Part shown: one piece after another, positions 35,689-47,900 of the stretch | Layout: every line of letters starts with the position of its first letter | Numbering within the stretch: the first letter of the stretch is position 1 | Assembly (NCBI GenBank): GCA_043228905.1 | Contig: JBHGNT010000018.1 | Location: 10,540,001-10,604,000 of the forward strand | Source of the DNA: Azolla caroliniana | Taxonomy: Eukaryota > Plantae > Polypodiophyta | Reading direction: 5' to 3' | DNA: 64,000 nt | Program-made: the position numbers and the translations under genes | Notes under the pieces: model-generated | The model's database searches: none | Told to the model about the DNA's origin: nothing | The model's input: only the letters and a program-made list of their open reading frames with translations

Positions 35689-38600
35689 TTAGGCTTTAAA
35701 TAGCCAACTGCACGCCTTTTCGAGGTGTCTGTTCGCTCCTTGCCTCTGCATGATGATCTTTTTTTTTCTTTGTTTTTTTTTTTTAGTTCCGGTTAGGGTT
35801 GTAGCCAACTGCTTGCCGTTGCCTCTTTCTGCATTGTTCTGTGGCATGGGTTCATAATATGGTTTAAGTCGGAACCCATTTACCCACTTGTCTAGCACTT
35901 CACCGGCTAGCATTCCCATCTGATATGAGCCCTTGAACTCTCGAGTTATCCAATATGGTCTGGTCCACCGCAACTTTAGCTTCCCCGACATCTTGCCCAT
36001 CTGGGTTTGGAATACTAGTACCGACTTGTCGATTCCAAACATCTTCTCGTTGGCCTTCCGGTGGTGGTCGACGAATGCTTTCCTTCGTCGTTGCTCGAGT
36101 TCCATCTGCATTAGGCTCACTATTCGGTGCTCCTCCAGCTTGCTTAGTGTTGCTAACCGGATTTTTTCCGACTCCTTGTCACTCAACCGCTCCCGGACCT
36201 GTATCCGTAAGGTTGGAATCTAGAATTCTATTGGCATCACCACTTCGAGACCAAACGCTAACCGGAATGGTGTTGTCCGATTACTTGTTTTGTATGCCGT
36301 ATGGTAAGCCCATAATGCGTTGTGCAACTTTGTATCCCAATCGGTTCGGTTCTCATTGACAGTCTGCCGGAGAATGTTTTGCAGAGTTTTATTGGTGGAT
36401 TTGGCCAATCCATTGGCCTGCGGGTAATAAGGGGTGCTTCGCTTGTGTACGACCGCATAAAATGTTGTTAGGATTTCCACCACTTGGCCGAGGAAGTGTC
36501 CACCTTGGTCGTTGATTAATTCGATTGGACATCCATACCGGCACTAGATGTACTTAGACAGGAACTTTGTCGTCGACGCCGCGGTATTGTCACGTAGTGC
36601 CTTGGCTTCCACCCATTTTGTACAGTAATCTGTGGCAACAATTATGTACCTGTTGCCAGTTCGCATTGCCGGCGGCTTGAATGGTCCAACGAAGTCCAAC
36701 CCCCATTTCTGGAATGGCTCTAGAGGTAGTACCGGCTGGTGCAGCATGCGCGCTTGTTCCGTTGGTTGGCCCATTCTTTGACACAGATCACATTCCTTCA
36801 TATATCAGACCGAGTCCTTTAGTGTCGTTGGCCACCATAAGCGCTACACCATATTTTCCTTGCCGTAGCTTCTCTAGCATAATGTCCTCCAGCGACCCCA
36901 CAATGCACTTCCAGTAAAATGGTGTCTTTTTCATCACGTCAGACCGCTCACGGCCATATGTCGTCCGCGCCTTTATGATACAGTGTATCCTGCACTAGAC
37001 AAAAGTGTCGGCTTCACACCGCCAACAGTTTACATTCATCCCAATTAATCTCCTTTGGGGGTAGTTCGGTGCTTAAGAACTGGTGCATATTCGTTAGCCA
37101 TTTGTCCTCGTCCGCGATTGTCCCATCTACCGTGGTTTCCGCTGTAATTTTAAACAATTCGGCATCCGGAAATTTTTCTTGAACACCGTCATTGGTCTCT
37201 CCGGATTCTAACCGGCTCAAGTAATCGGCAACCGCATGTTGTATACCCGGTCAATGATAGATCTCAAATTCAAATTCCTATAATCATAATGTCCATCGGG
37301 CTAGCTTGCTGGTGAGTGATGCCTTCGAGACCAAGTATAAAAGTGTTGAATGGTCAACATGGAATGAAAACTTGCGGCCCAACAAATAATGACGGTATTT
37401 GGTGACATTGTATATCATTCCTAGGGCATCTCTTTCCATAGTGGAATAATTTCGCTCTACCTTTGACAGCTTCCGGCTAGCGTAGTACATCGGCCGATAC
37501 CACTTAAGTTCGGTAAGTTGCATGAGCACGCTGCCAATTGCAATATCCAACGTGTCCACGAAGACATGGAACTCTTTTGACCAGTCTGGGGGTTGTACCA
37601 CTGGTGCTTGTGACAACATTACCTTGAGTGCGAGGTAAGCCTTGTCCTCTTCCTCCGTCCATTTAAATGGTGTCCGGTGTACAACTGCGTGTAGTGGCGT
37701 GGCGAGGTCTGCCAAGTGCCTAAGCATCCGGCTATGCCACCGGATCTGTCCTAAGAACCAGTTTAAAGCCTTGGTAGTCATCGGTGCCGGTGCCTGTAAA
37801 ATAGCCTTGACCTTATCCGGGTCCACGACAATCCCTTCCTTACTAACAATATGACCCAACAATGTGTCGCTGGTCACACCAAAGACACATTTTGTCGGGT
37901 TTAAGCTTAACCGGTATCCTCTGCACTTTTCCAATCATAACCTGAGATGGTCGAGATGTTCCCCTTTCCGGCTATATACCGTGAAATCATACATGAATAC
38001 CTGCATAAATGTCGGTAGGAATTCTCCAAATATTTCCATAATAATCCTCTGAAAGGTTGCCGACGCCATCTTGAGTCCGAACATCATTACAACTGCTACA
38101 AAGATTCCCCATTCTGTCACGAATGTCGTCTTTTCTTGATCGTCCGGGTGTATCCTTATTTGGTTATATCTGCGGAAACCATCAAGGAAGCTATAAACCT
38201 CGTGCCCGGCTACCGCATCTAAAACTCCATCCATAAACAGAAGTGGAAATGCATTGGTAGTCATCACCGCGTTCAATTTCCGGTAATCCACACAGACACG
38301 GATCTTGTCGTTCTTCTTTGGCACTACAAAATTTGGACTTAGCCAAGTGGCTTGCTTCACCGGCCGGATAAAGCCGACCCGGAGTAGCTTGTCAATTTCC
38401 TCCTTTACTCTTGCTGCATAGTTTGGTTGTGCCACCGGCTTAGCGTCCTTGCTGAGGTGAATCTGGTGTTGATAGTGTTGGGGGTCAAGTCCCCGCATAT
38501 CTTCGTAGGACCAGGCGAATACATCCTAGAATTCTTTTAATAATGTTATCATTGCCGATTTGACTTTCGGTGACATCTCCTTGGCCACGTGTACCGGACG

Positions 38601-38902
38601 CGGTTCCTCTTCGGTGCCCAAATTTACTTCTTGTAATTGGGACGCCTTTACTCGTTGGGATACCGCCATTTCCCATTCCAAGGCTTCCTATGCTTGCCAC
38701 AGTTCCCAGATTGCATCCTTATCTGGTTCCTCACCGGCCTCTTCCGTCTACACAATGTATGGAGATACCGCTTCTACCACGTCCACTTCGAATAGAGGGA
38801 CTATCCTCGGGTTCTCTTCAAGGTAGCGATCCACCTCCTCGTCGGCCAGTCCCGTCGGCATGTTCACGCTTTTGGCATATAGTGGGGTTACGTCTTTGCC
38901 GG
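35689..38902 (-). pseudogene. pol: G2 RT-RNase H-integrase
   Basis: [58 protein letters not shown]. Confidence 0.9.
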
Positions 38903-40128
38903 TATCGCGAAAATACGACGAGGATACGTGAACTTGAGGCAGGACCTCGGGGCCTCCGACAGGAAGATATCATATTCGTATGATTATATTAACCAATTAA
39001 TACAAAATGAGAAAGATTCACAAATTTCATTAACAGATAGAAAAGAAAAATTACAATCAATCCCAGGATTGGGATTACAAAAGTTTTATCTTAAGGAGAT
39101 TACTAGAATAATATATTAGAGGAAATAAGAGATTATGATTCTTGAGTGATATGGCTTTGATAAGGAATTTTGGATTTTGAGAGATATGGCTTCCGTAGGG
39201 AAATTTTAGGGTTTATGGCTTCCGTAAGGAAATTAGGGTTTTTGAGTGTTATGGCTTCCGTAGGGAAGATTAGGGTTTTTGAGTGTTATGGCTTCCGTAG
39301 AGAATTTATGGTTTATGAGAGTTATGGCTTCCCTAAGATAAGGGAGCTGAGAAGGAAAAGAAAATTAATGGAGAGCGAATGAGTATAAAAAAAAGATGAA
39401 ATTTTATATGGAGTTCCCAGTTGATCATATGCATGTCCACTTTTTGTTGCATGGCCTCTACTTTTAGTTGCTTAGCTTTTTCTTTTAGTTGCATCTATTT
39501 TTAGTTGCATGCGACCGTCCACATGACCTTTACTTTAGTTTTCTTCACTTCACTTTAATTAGCCACATGATCCTTTTATCCGTTCGGTTTGTGTCCAGCC
39601 TCGTTTGGTCGCCGGTTCCGTTCGGTCGCCGATTGTCGTTGCCTCATCGGCTCCGCTGCCGGTTCAGTTTGCTTACCGGCCGGTTTCCGATTTTGCTTAC
39701 TAGCCTGGTTCCGGTTTGCTTACCGAACGGTTTCGGTTTGCTTCCCGACCGGTTTCCGATTTTGCTTCCCGATCGGTTTCGCTTCCCGGCTGGTTTCCGG
39801 TTTTGCTTACCAGGCCTTCCGGATTGCTTACTGGCCGGTTTCCAGTTTTGCTTACCGACCAGTTTCCGGTTTTTGGGAACTTGACCACCATCATCCATCA
39901 AGACAAAGTGGCCAAAGTGCTCTTAGCACAAATGAAAATGAGAATCTCAAGGTGCTTATATAGCCAGGGCCTTAAGTTTCCTATCTATGTGGGATAAATA
40001 ATAGTTCTCTTTTCCCTATCTTCTCAAGCATCCATCTTCTAGAACATGCCATTAAGCTAATATAAAGTACTTATTTTATTATTATTATTATTATTATTAT
40101 TACATAGTGTGAGAAGATTAACACGACA
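38903..40128 (-). mobile_element. Solo LTR S (~1.2 kb) of the TGTCG lineage inserted in G2 pol
   Basis: Ends t(a)tcgcg...acacgaca; left end resembles the G5 LTR end. Flanks ccgg/ttgg. Contains atggcttccgtag and ccggttt repeats. Confidence 0.65.
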
Positions 40129-40132
40129 TTGG

Positions 40133-40830
40133 GGCCTACTTGCAGTTGCGTGGGTACTCTTACTTTCGTTTTCCCTCTTCGAAACGTAATATTGTTCTTC
40201 TGCCAATTCTATTTGATATGGGCAGTCCTCAGCCACGGTCGTCCCAGTAGCAGTGGGTATGCCCCTTGAGCGTTCAACTGGAGGACTATCACAGAAATTC
40301 GGAAAGCATGGCCTTTGATCGTCACCTCCAAGTCTTGGATCAAGCCGGTCGGTCGAACTGAGCTAGTGTCCACCATCCGGAGCTAGAATGAGCATGGTTC
40401 CCACTCCTGAATTCCCAAGGTGTAGCATGTCCGGAGGCTTATCACGTTTACTCTTGTTCCTCCATCGACTATCGTACCCGGTAGCTCCCGTCCTTTAATA
40501 ATCACAATGATTGCCGGACTGCTGATGTCCACCACTACTGGTCCTTCCTCTAGATTTGAAAAGAATGTCGGAGCTGGTGCAGGACTTAATAGAGCCAACG
40601 CCGATTTCAACCCGTCAGTGAACTGAGGCACTAGTTGTACTAACCAGCCCAGTGGTAACGTGATTTGGCATTCCTGAAGTGCTTGCCACGTGGGGTTCTC
40701 CGGTTCTGCCTTTTCAGTGAGTTCCTCCACTGCATTCGTTTGCTCTTTCAGTTCAGTGACGTTGCGTTCGTTGGCCTTTTCAATCCATTCGGTGGTCTGT
40801 TTTCGTATGGCCTACTGTGCTTCCCATTCC
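40133..40830 (-). pseudogene. pol: G2 protease region
   Basis: TIVDGGTRVNVIS and YPLLLGRPWL. Confidence 0.8.
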
Positions 40831-41525
40831 GGTTTACCGTGGTGAGAATTTACCGTAGTATTCTATACACGTGGATAAGTGTGAGGGTTAAATGAGAGTG
40901 TAAAGAAGGGGAGGACTTCTTTTAATCCTCGGGATTGAGACAACCCATTAGGCCAAGTGTGAACTTGCCCGGGGGCCTTGGGTATCGTTATAAATAAGAG
41001 GCCTAGCTACCCTCATTTCATCATCTTTTGACTACGTCGAGACTCTATTCTTGTGGTGGGTCAATTCTTGTAGCGAGTGCGCCAACACCAGGTACGACTC
41101 GACGCCACTGCGGTGGTATGGGATGCCGATCGAGGCTCGAGTCCGTCTCGATCCCTTCGCTCGGGGGTGGTCGGGTGGATCGGCACCCTTCTTTCTCTCT
41201 ATCCTTTCTATCTAGATCTATGTTTTATCCTTATTTTATGCTTACATTAGTTCATGTCTCTAATAGTTGGTCTCAGAGCCTATGTTCTAATGTTTCTTTT
41301 GTTGTGTTTTGTCTTGTTGATTGATGGTGATCAATCGATGTGCGGTCGGCCTTGATCCAGACAACAATCAACAAAGGAACTTTGGTAACTCTTTCCTTCT
41401 TCTTTTTTTCTATTTTTGCTTCTCCCATCTAATCATGTGTATAGTCTATATGTAATTGTTTTCATTAATTTAATGATGTTGTAGTGGTAATTAATTGGTT
41501 GTATAAAATGTTTACATATGTGTAT

Positions 41526-41770
41526 GAGGTTAATACCTCATTTGACATATATTGAATATGTGATTAGTGTCGTATGCAAACGAGGTTAATACCTCAATTG
41601 CGTATTAGGCTCACATACATATGTTACGTATGCATACGAGGTCAATACCTCGATTTCATTGTAAATGATATGCGTTTGGTCTCGTATGCGTAAGAGGTCA
41701 ATACCTCAATTGCGTATTACGATGAACCCTTATTTTTTGGATGTTTCGTTTGTGTAGAGGTATATACCTC
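41526..41770. repeat. Five spaced copies of the palindromic core gaggtNNatacctc (period 56,56,56,63) in the G4 5' UTR
   Basis: Cores start at 41526, 41582, 41638, 41694 and 41757. Confidence 0.85.
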
Positions 41771-42947
41771 GATTACGTATCTCGATTATATCATTCATGG
41801 CTATTTGATGTAACGATTTGTTTAATGTATGCATATGTGGTCACGTGTATACGTATTTGATCGTACATACGTGTATATTTGATATTACATGATTTCTATC
41901 GAATGTTGTCCTTTTCGGGGAAAGGACCTTGGTGGCCGTCCTCACTTTTTGTGAGAATGGCGTTGTCACCATCCCTTTTTTCAACAATTTTTTATTGTTG
42001 ACATTCCCGTTGGTGACTTCGATTTTATTATGTAAAAAAATGTCTATAGCCACAATGATGTTGAGAACGTAGGGCTTGACCCACTTCGTGTGAGGTCGCT
42101 CCTATGACACATATCCAACATCCCTCCCTCGTTACATGGATACGATGCCACCATGAGATCATTCTTACGAGAGGCATTCGTAATGACGTAACCATGTGAT
42201 GGGCCACATGGGCCTACTACGAAAAGAGGGCTCATTTGCCTTGACCATTAGGTTGCACTTTCGCGTATGCCATCGTAATTACGAGACTTGAGGTTAGGTA
42301 ACATCCCAACATATTTTGTAGTAAACAAGGGGGAAGTAAGGACTCTTGACATATATGTTTCTTTTAAAAAAACATATATGGGCAAATGCCTCGCATATCT
42401 CTTATACGCATGAAACATCAAACATTCAAGAAGAGCAACCTACTTGGTTGGCTCAAGTGTTTAATGCATTTGTTCTCGAGGTCTCGAGTTCAAATATGAT
42501 CAAGACCATACAACATCGTTGTTACATATGATTATAACACATGTTTAGACTTGAGGTCTCTAAGTGCACTTCGGGTTCTTTGTAATAGGACTTAAAAGAG
42601 CCCAAACCACATATGTGGGCACAAAAACATAGTTTATTGTTAACATTTCTTTCGTGTATAAACTACTCATGACGCAAACATACATGGTTGAGCCTTGGGG
42701 AGCCGCCATGAAAAAATCGATATAGAGATCAGGGAAAGACATTAATTTGTCACCCCCATGACTTTTAAAACACCTTTGTGTTACCATAGTAACCTGAGCT
42801 TGAACCTCATCTCATACGTCTAGAGGGGTATTGACGTGAGATCATGATATCGATTAATGTTTGTCCATGATATGTTTACATCACGACATGATGTTATCAC
42901 TATTTGTCTGACCTTATCCTATTTCTTTGCTAGAAACAATCATTTAA

Positions 42948-44939
42948 TGGCTCAAAATAACGACCCAATGTCATTCGCTCAAGCGGAAGGAACTCAAGGA
43001 AATCCTCCTAGACAAATGTCCATTGAGATGTATTTTTCACAAATAACCCAATACCTTAGTTTCACCACTCAACAGATGACCGAACTTCGGCAATCTCAAA
43101 GTCCTCTCGAGGCACGTGTCATTAGTTTACAACGTGAGACTAATAGACCTAATGAGCGATAGGTTGAACCATCGTTTGTCATTAAGCCATTTACGAGAGA
43201 AAAAAAGGAAAGAACCGAAGAAGCAATCTGCACGTGACTGGGCCGATGGGAGTCTCATTTTGAGTTCTATCCCATGCCAGATAGTACGAAGATTGCATAT
43301 GTTGACCAAGAACTAGGGGGTAAGGTAGCCGCTTGGTGGCGTGGGCTTTGAACTTTGGGGAAATTGCCTGATACCTGGAAAGATTTTGTCACAATTTTTA
43401 AGGGCCAATTTCTACAATCTCCCTCTCGAACCGAGGCAACTCAAGCTTTAATGAACCTCTCTAGCAGGAAATTTTCTTCGCTAGAAGACTATGTCCACCA
43501 TGCTAGAACCCAAATCCAAAAATCGGGTCTAGAAAGGGACAATTGGTTAATAGCTTGTTTTGTCAATGGCATCCCCAATTCGGACTATCACTGGATAGCG
43601 CACGATAAGGATCCAAAATACTTTGAAGAGGCCGTTGAAATAGTTCTTCGCTATCAACGCACTTTGAAGAAGAACCACAACAAACCCAACGAAGCACCCG
43701 AGACTAAGCTGTCGCAATTCGCTGGGAAATGCAAGACACCCAACGAATTCATGGATCGCGATTGTAAGCGACAATTACATCCTTTTTGCGTATTTTGCAA
43801 AAAGAAGGGTCATACAAAAGAGCAATGTCGAAAGCTCCTACGGAAAGAGCATGACAACAAAGCTAAAGCTGCAAACCATAAAGGTCAGATTCCTAATGTC
43901 CTTCAGGTCTATACACATCATTTAAGTAATTGTCAATGTTCTTTCCCTCACTATGTATTGGGTCCCAATGATTTACTACGTGCAAACGGGTATATCAATG
44001 GATCTTCCATACAATTTTTGTTTGATTCGGGAAGCTCACACAACTTTGTGAATGATCGTTTGGTTCAGATATGGGGAATCCAACCTACCGTAAGTGATCA
44101 CACCTATAGGGTGCACTTGGCTGATGGAAGAGTACAATACATCAACGGGGCGATTCATTCATTAGGAATTTCTATTGATACTTATATAGAGGAAGTAGAC
44201 TTCCATGTAATGAATCTTTGTACCACTTATGTAATACTAGGTTATCCCTGGTTCTATAATAAAAGCTCTTCTTTATCTATTGATTGGGTTCATCATTCAA
44301 TAACATTTGTACTGAACGATTGTACTCATTTTATTCAATGTGTAAAAAAACAATCCCTCCCGATTGTTGCCTCTCCATCAATATCTGAGTTGTCTTGTTC
44401 TACTCTTTTTTATTGTGTACTTTATCCGGACATTCATGTTTACAATATCAATAATGTCTCGGTTCAATTAACATATTTTGAACAACAACTTGATGAAATC
44501 TTAAATGATTTTCGTAATGTTTTTCCGAGTGAACTACCATATGGGTTACCTCCTAAACGTAATATAGACCATCGTATAGATATTGTACCTGGCATTGCAC
44601 CAATGAGTATACCTCCTTATCACTTAAGTCGATCCGAAGAGGATGAGGTATCTAAGCAACTCAAGGACAATTTATGAATGGGTTATATACGTTATAGTAA
44701 ATCTCCATGGGGTGCACCAATTCTCTTGGTTAAAAAGAAAGAGGGCACATGGGGTATGTGTATTAATTACCGACGCTTGAATAAAGTGACGATCAAGAAT
44801 TCGTATCCATTGCCCCAAGCTGATGATCTAATTGACCGTCTCCAAGGAGCTCGGTATTTTATGAAAGTTGATCTCCATACTGGCTACCATCAAATTCTTA
44901 TAAGTGAGGACGATGTTCCTAAAACGGCATTTCATACGT
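42948..44939 (+). pseudogene. gag-pol: G4 gag-PR-RT N-terminal part
   Basis: [48 protein letters not shown]. Confidence 0.9.
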
Positions 44940-47900
44940 TGTCGTGTTATTCTGCACGCGTAGGAGAAACCAAGGCGGGACCGCGGGGGCCCTGAACCAG
45001 GGAATAGCCAAGCAGAGGGAGGAGCACTACGAAACCACGGCCGAGCCCCGCACATAGATTCACAAAGAATTCACAAACAAGGTCGAACAACGAATAAGGC
45101 AAATGTGTATATGTATATATGTATATATGACCAAAATTACAGCAGGCTAGCCGGTAAGTGCCAACTCGCTGACACTAACTCACACAGCACACAACAACAA
45201 GAGATGGAGCCTCTATCGGAAGCGCTCGGGCTTTCTGCGAAAATAGAGGCAGCCTCCCAACCTACAGAGAATGACGAAAAACAGAGGAGAAGAGCTTGGT
45301 TTCAGTCCGACAGCACTTCGTCCTCGAAAACACGATCCCCACTCAGCCCCTTTTCCTCTCCTTTTATAGCACAAGGAGAGAGAGTCGTTACAAATTGTTA
45401 CATCACTTTTATTCTCTGTCCTTTCGGACAGAGATCCTCTTTGATTCCCTAACTAACGAATTCGTGCTTCCTAGGATAATTACATCGCCGACCTGTACTT
45501 AACTATGTAAATACATCAAAACATGTACCCGTGTGTAAGGTCCGGTTCACGCACACTATCCACTGATTCCTCCTAGGGACGGTTTTCTCCATGACATCCG
45601 CCCCCACCTAACCGCGCATCCTCCGGTATGCGCCAGAATAGACTTCTGCCGAAGAAGACCGGCCCACGATTATCTTTCGCTCTCCGGTTCGCCACCTACT
45701 CCGAACCGGTCATCGTCGTCATCCATGCCCTCTGGGTCCGGTTCGTCCCCGTGCCGCTTCTTGAAGGCCTTGATCCTCTTCCCGACCACTGGCACAACTA
45801 TTCTCGTTCCGTCGAGCTCCGCGAGATGGTAGGTGCCGTTGTCATTGGTGCTTGTCACCGCGTAAGGCCCGAACCACCTCCTCACAAACTTCCGCATTGC
45901 CTTGTGCTGGTTGTCAAGGTTGTTATTGTAGACCAGAACCCAGTCTCCTTCCTCGATTTCCTTTGGTCGTAGTTGGTGAGTCCGATCGAATCGCCCCTTG
46001 TTCTTTGTCCTTGCTGCATGCAGCTTCTTCGTTGCTTGTTCTACGTCCTCCAGTCTTCGCTCGAGTTGTTGGATTCGTGCCGCTAATAGCTCCTCCCAAC
46101 TCATCTCATCTCTCCAGTCCACCACGGCCCATGAGGAGATCGTTCGCTCCATCGGCATGATCGGCTTCTACCCATACATCAGCTCCGCCGGCATGAACCC
46201 GGTTACCGAACTGTGCGTAGTTCGGTCTGCCCACAATGCGTAGGGTAGGAGCCGTGGCCAATTCCCGACTTGGCCTCCACATGCCCATACCAACGCCATT
46301 ATGATTGGCCCATGTCCGCGCTCCACCTTCCCGTTTGCCTCCGGATTGTACGTCGTGGTGACCGAGAGTTTAACCCCTAACCATTCAAACAGTTCTTCGG
46401 CCTCTTGTGCATCCAGTTCTCCACGGTCTGCTACGATCTTCCCTACACACCCGTACCGACATACCACCTCCTCGATTAGTAACCGGCACACGGCCGTGAT
46501 CTTCTTGTTTGGTAATGCTCGGCCCTCCACCTGGTTCGTCAGATCCTCTCGCGCTAGCACCAGGTATCACATTTGCCTTACCCCCATCGGCATCGTCACC
46601 AGATCCACCATCCACTTGAAGTGGACGGTCAGCGAGTAAGTCGGATGTAGCTCATCTCGATGTCAGACTATGGAATGCATCTGACAGCTTTCACAAGTCG
46701 TTACGAACCAATGCACGTCCCGATATAGTCCCGGCCACCAGTACTTGTCCTTCAACTTCTCGAACGTGTCCCATGTCCCCCGGTGTCCGGCCCAAGCAAT
46801 CTCGTGGTACGCCATCAACAATGCTTCCTGTTCCTCCTTCCTCACTACCACTCGAAGCAGGACGTCGTCTCGCTTCTTCGGTGGCTTCCATATTCTCTCG
46901 TCCCGTAGGAAAAATCGGTACGCTTTCTTCCGGATCTGGTAAGCCTCTTCCTTTGTCCATGCCGTGTCCGGCGCCATCATTCTCAGGAACCCACCGATCT
47001 GGAGCCACTCCCCCTCGTACTCACTCTCGTCAAACTCGTTAAGCGCCAGGGTGCTCCCCCTTCTCGTCGTCACGTAAGTTGTCTCGAAGAAGTCCACGCT
47101 GACTTCCTCATCCTCTGAAACCATGCCGCTTTCGTTTTCAAACCTTGCTCTTGAAAGCATGTCAGCCATGGCGTTGTCTTTCCCGAATACGTGTCGTATC
47201 TTCGGATTCAGGGACTTAATGTACGTTATCCACCTGAGCATTGCCAGGTCTAGCGTCGCGCATCCGAAAACCATACCGAGGATCGGTAAACAATCCGTCT
47301 CTATTATTACCTCTGTCCCGATCAGGTAGTCTTTGTCGGCCTTGACCGCCGAAACAATACCCCAGAGTTCGCATTTAACATGGGCGTATCCTCGTTGTCG
47401 CGCGCTAAGTACTTTCACACCAAACCGGATGGGGAACCTCGCGTCGTTCTTATCCTCCTGGTTGATCACCCATCCGATCCTGGTCGGACTTGTGTCTATG
47501 GTTACATAAATTGGAATGTTTTTATCGTAGACTACTTTCCGGAGTGCCGGTGCCGCGGCAAGCGCTTCTTTCATTTTCCGGACCAACTCCACATGCTCCC
47601 CGCTCCACTCAAACTTGCGCCCTTTCTTCAACAACTCGTAGAGTGGCTCTGCGATATGGGTGTAATGTGGGATCCAAATGTGGTAGAGCACGCAAGCTCC
47701 CAAGAACCTCCGGACTTCTGTAACCGACCTGCAATCTTCCTTCATCGTGGAGATGGCTTCCACCTTAGCCGGTGACGGTTTCGGACCATAAGGCCCGCAC
47801 AAGTGTCCGATGACCATGATTTCCGACTGTCTGAAAGCCAACTTCTCCCTAGAGAAGGTGAGCCGCGTGCCTTCGAGCTTCCGTAGCACCTTCTCGCAAT

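Noticed and set aside
41526-41770. CRISPR array
   Set aside because: The core is only 14 bp, the spacers are partly similar to each other, there are no cas genes, and it lies in a eukaryotic retrotransposon leader.
42450-42500. A/B-box-like sequence in the G4 leader (tggctcaagtg...gagttcaaat)
   Set aside because: It is a single weak copy outside an LTR and cannot be told from chance by eye.
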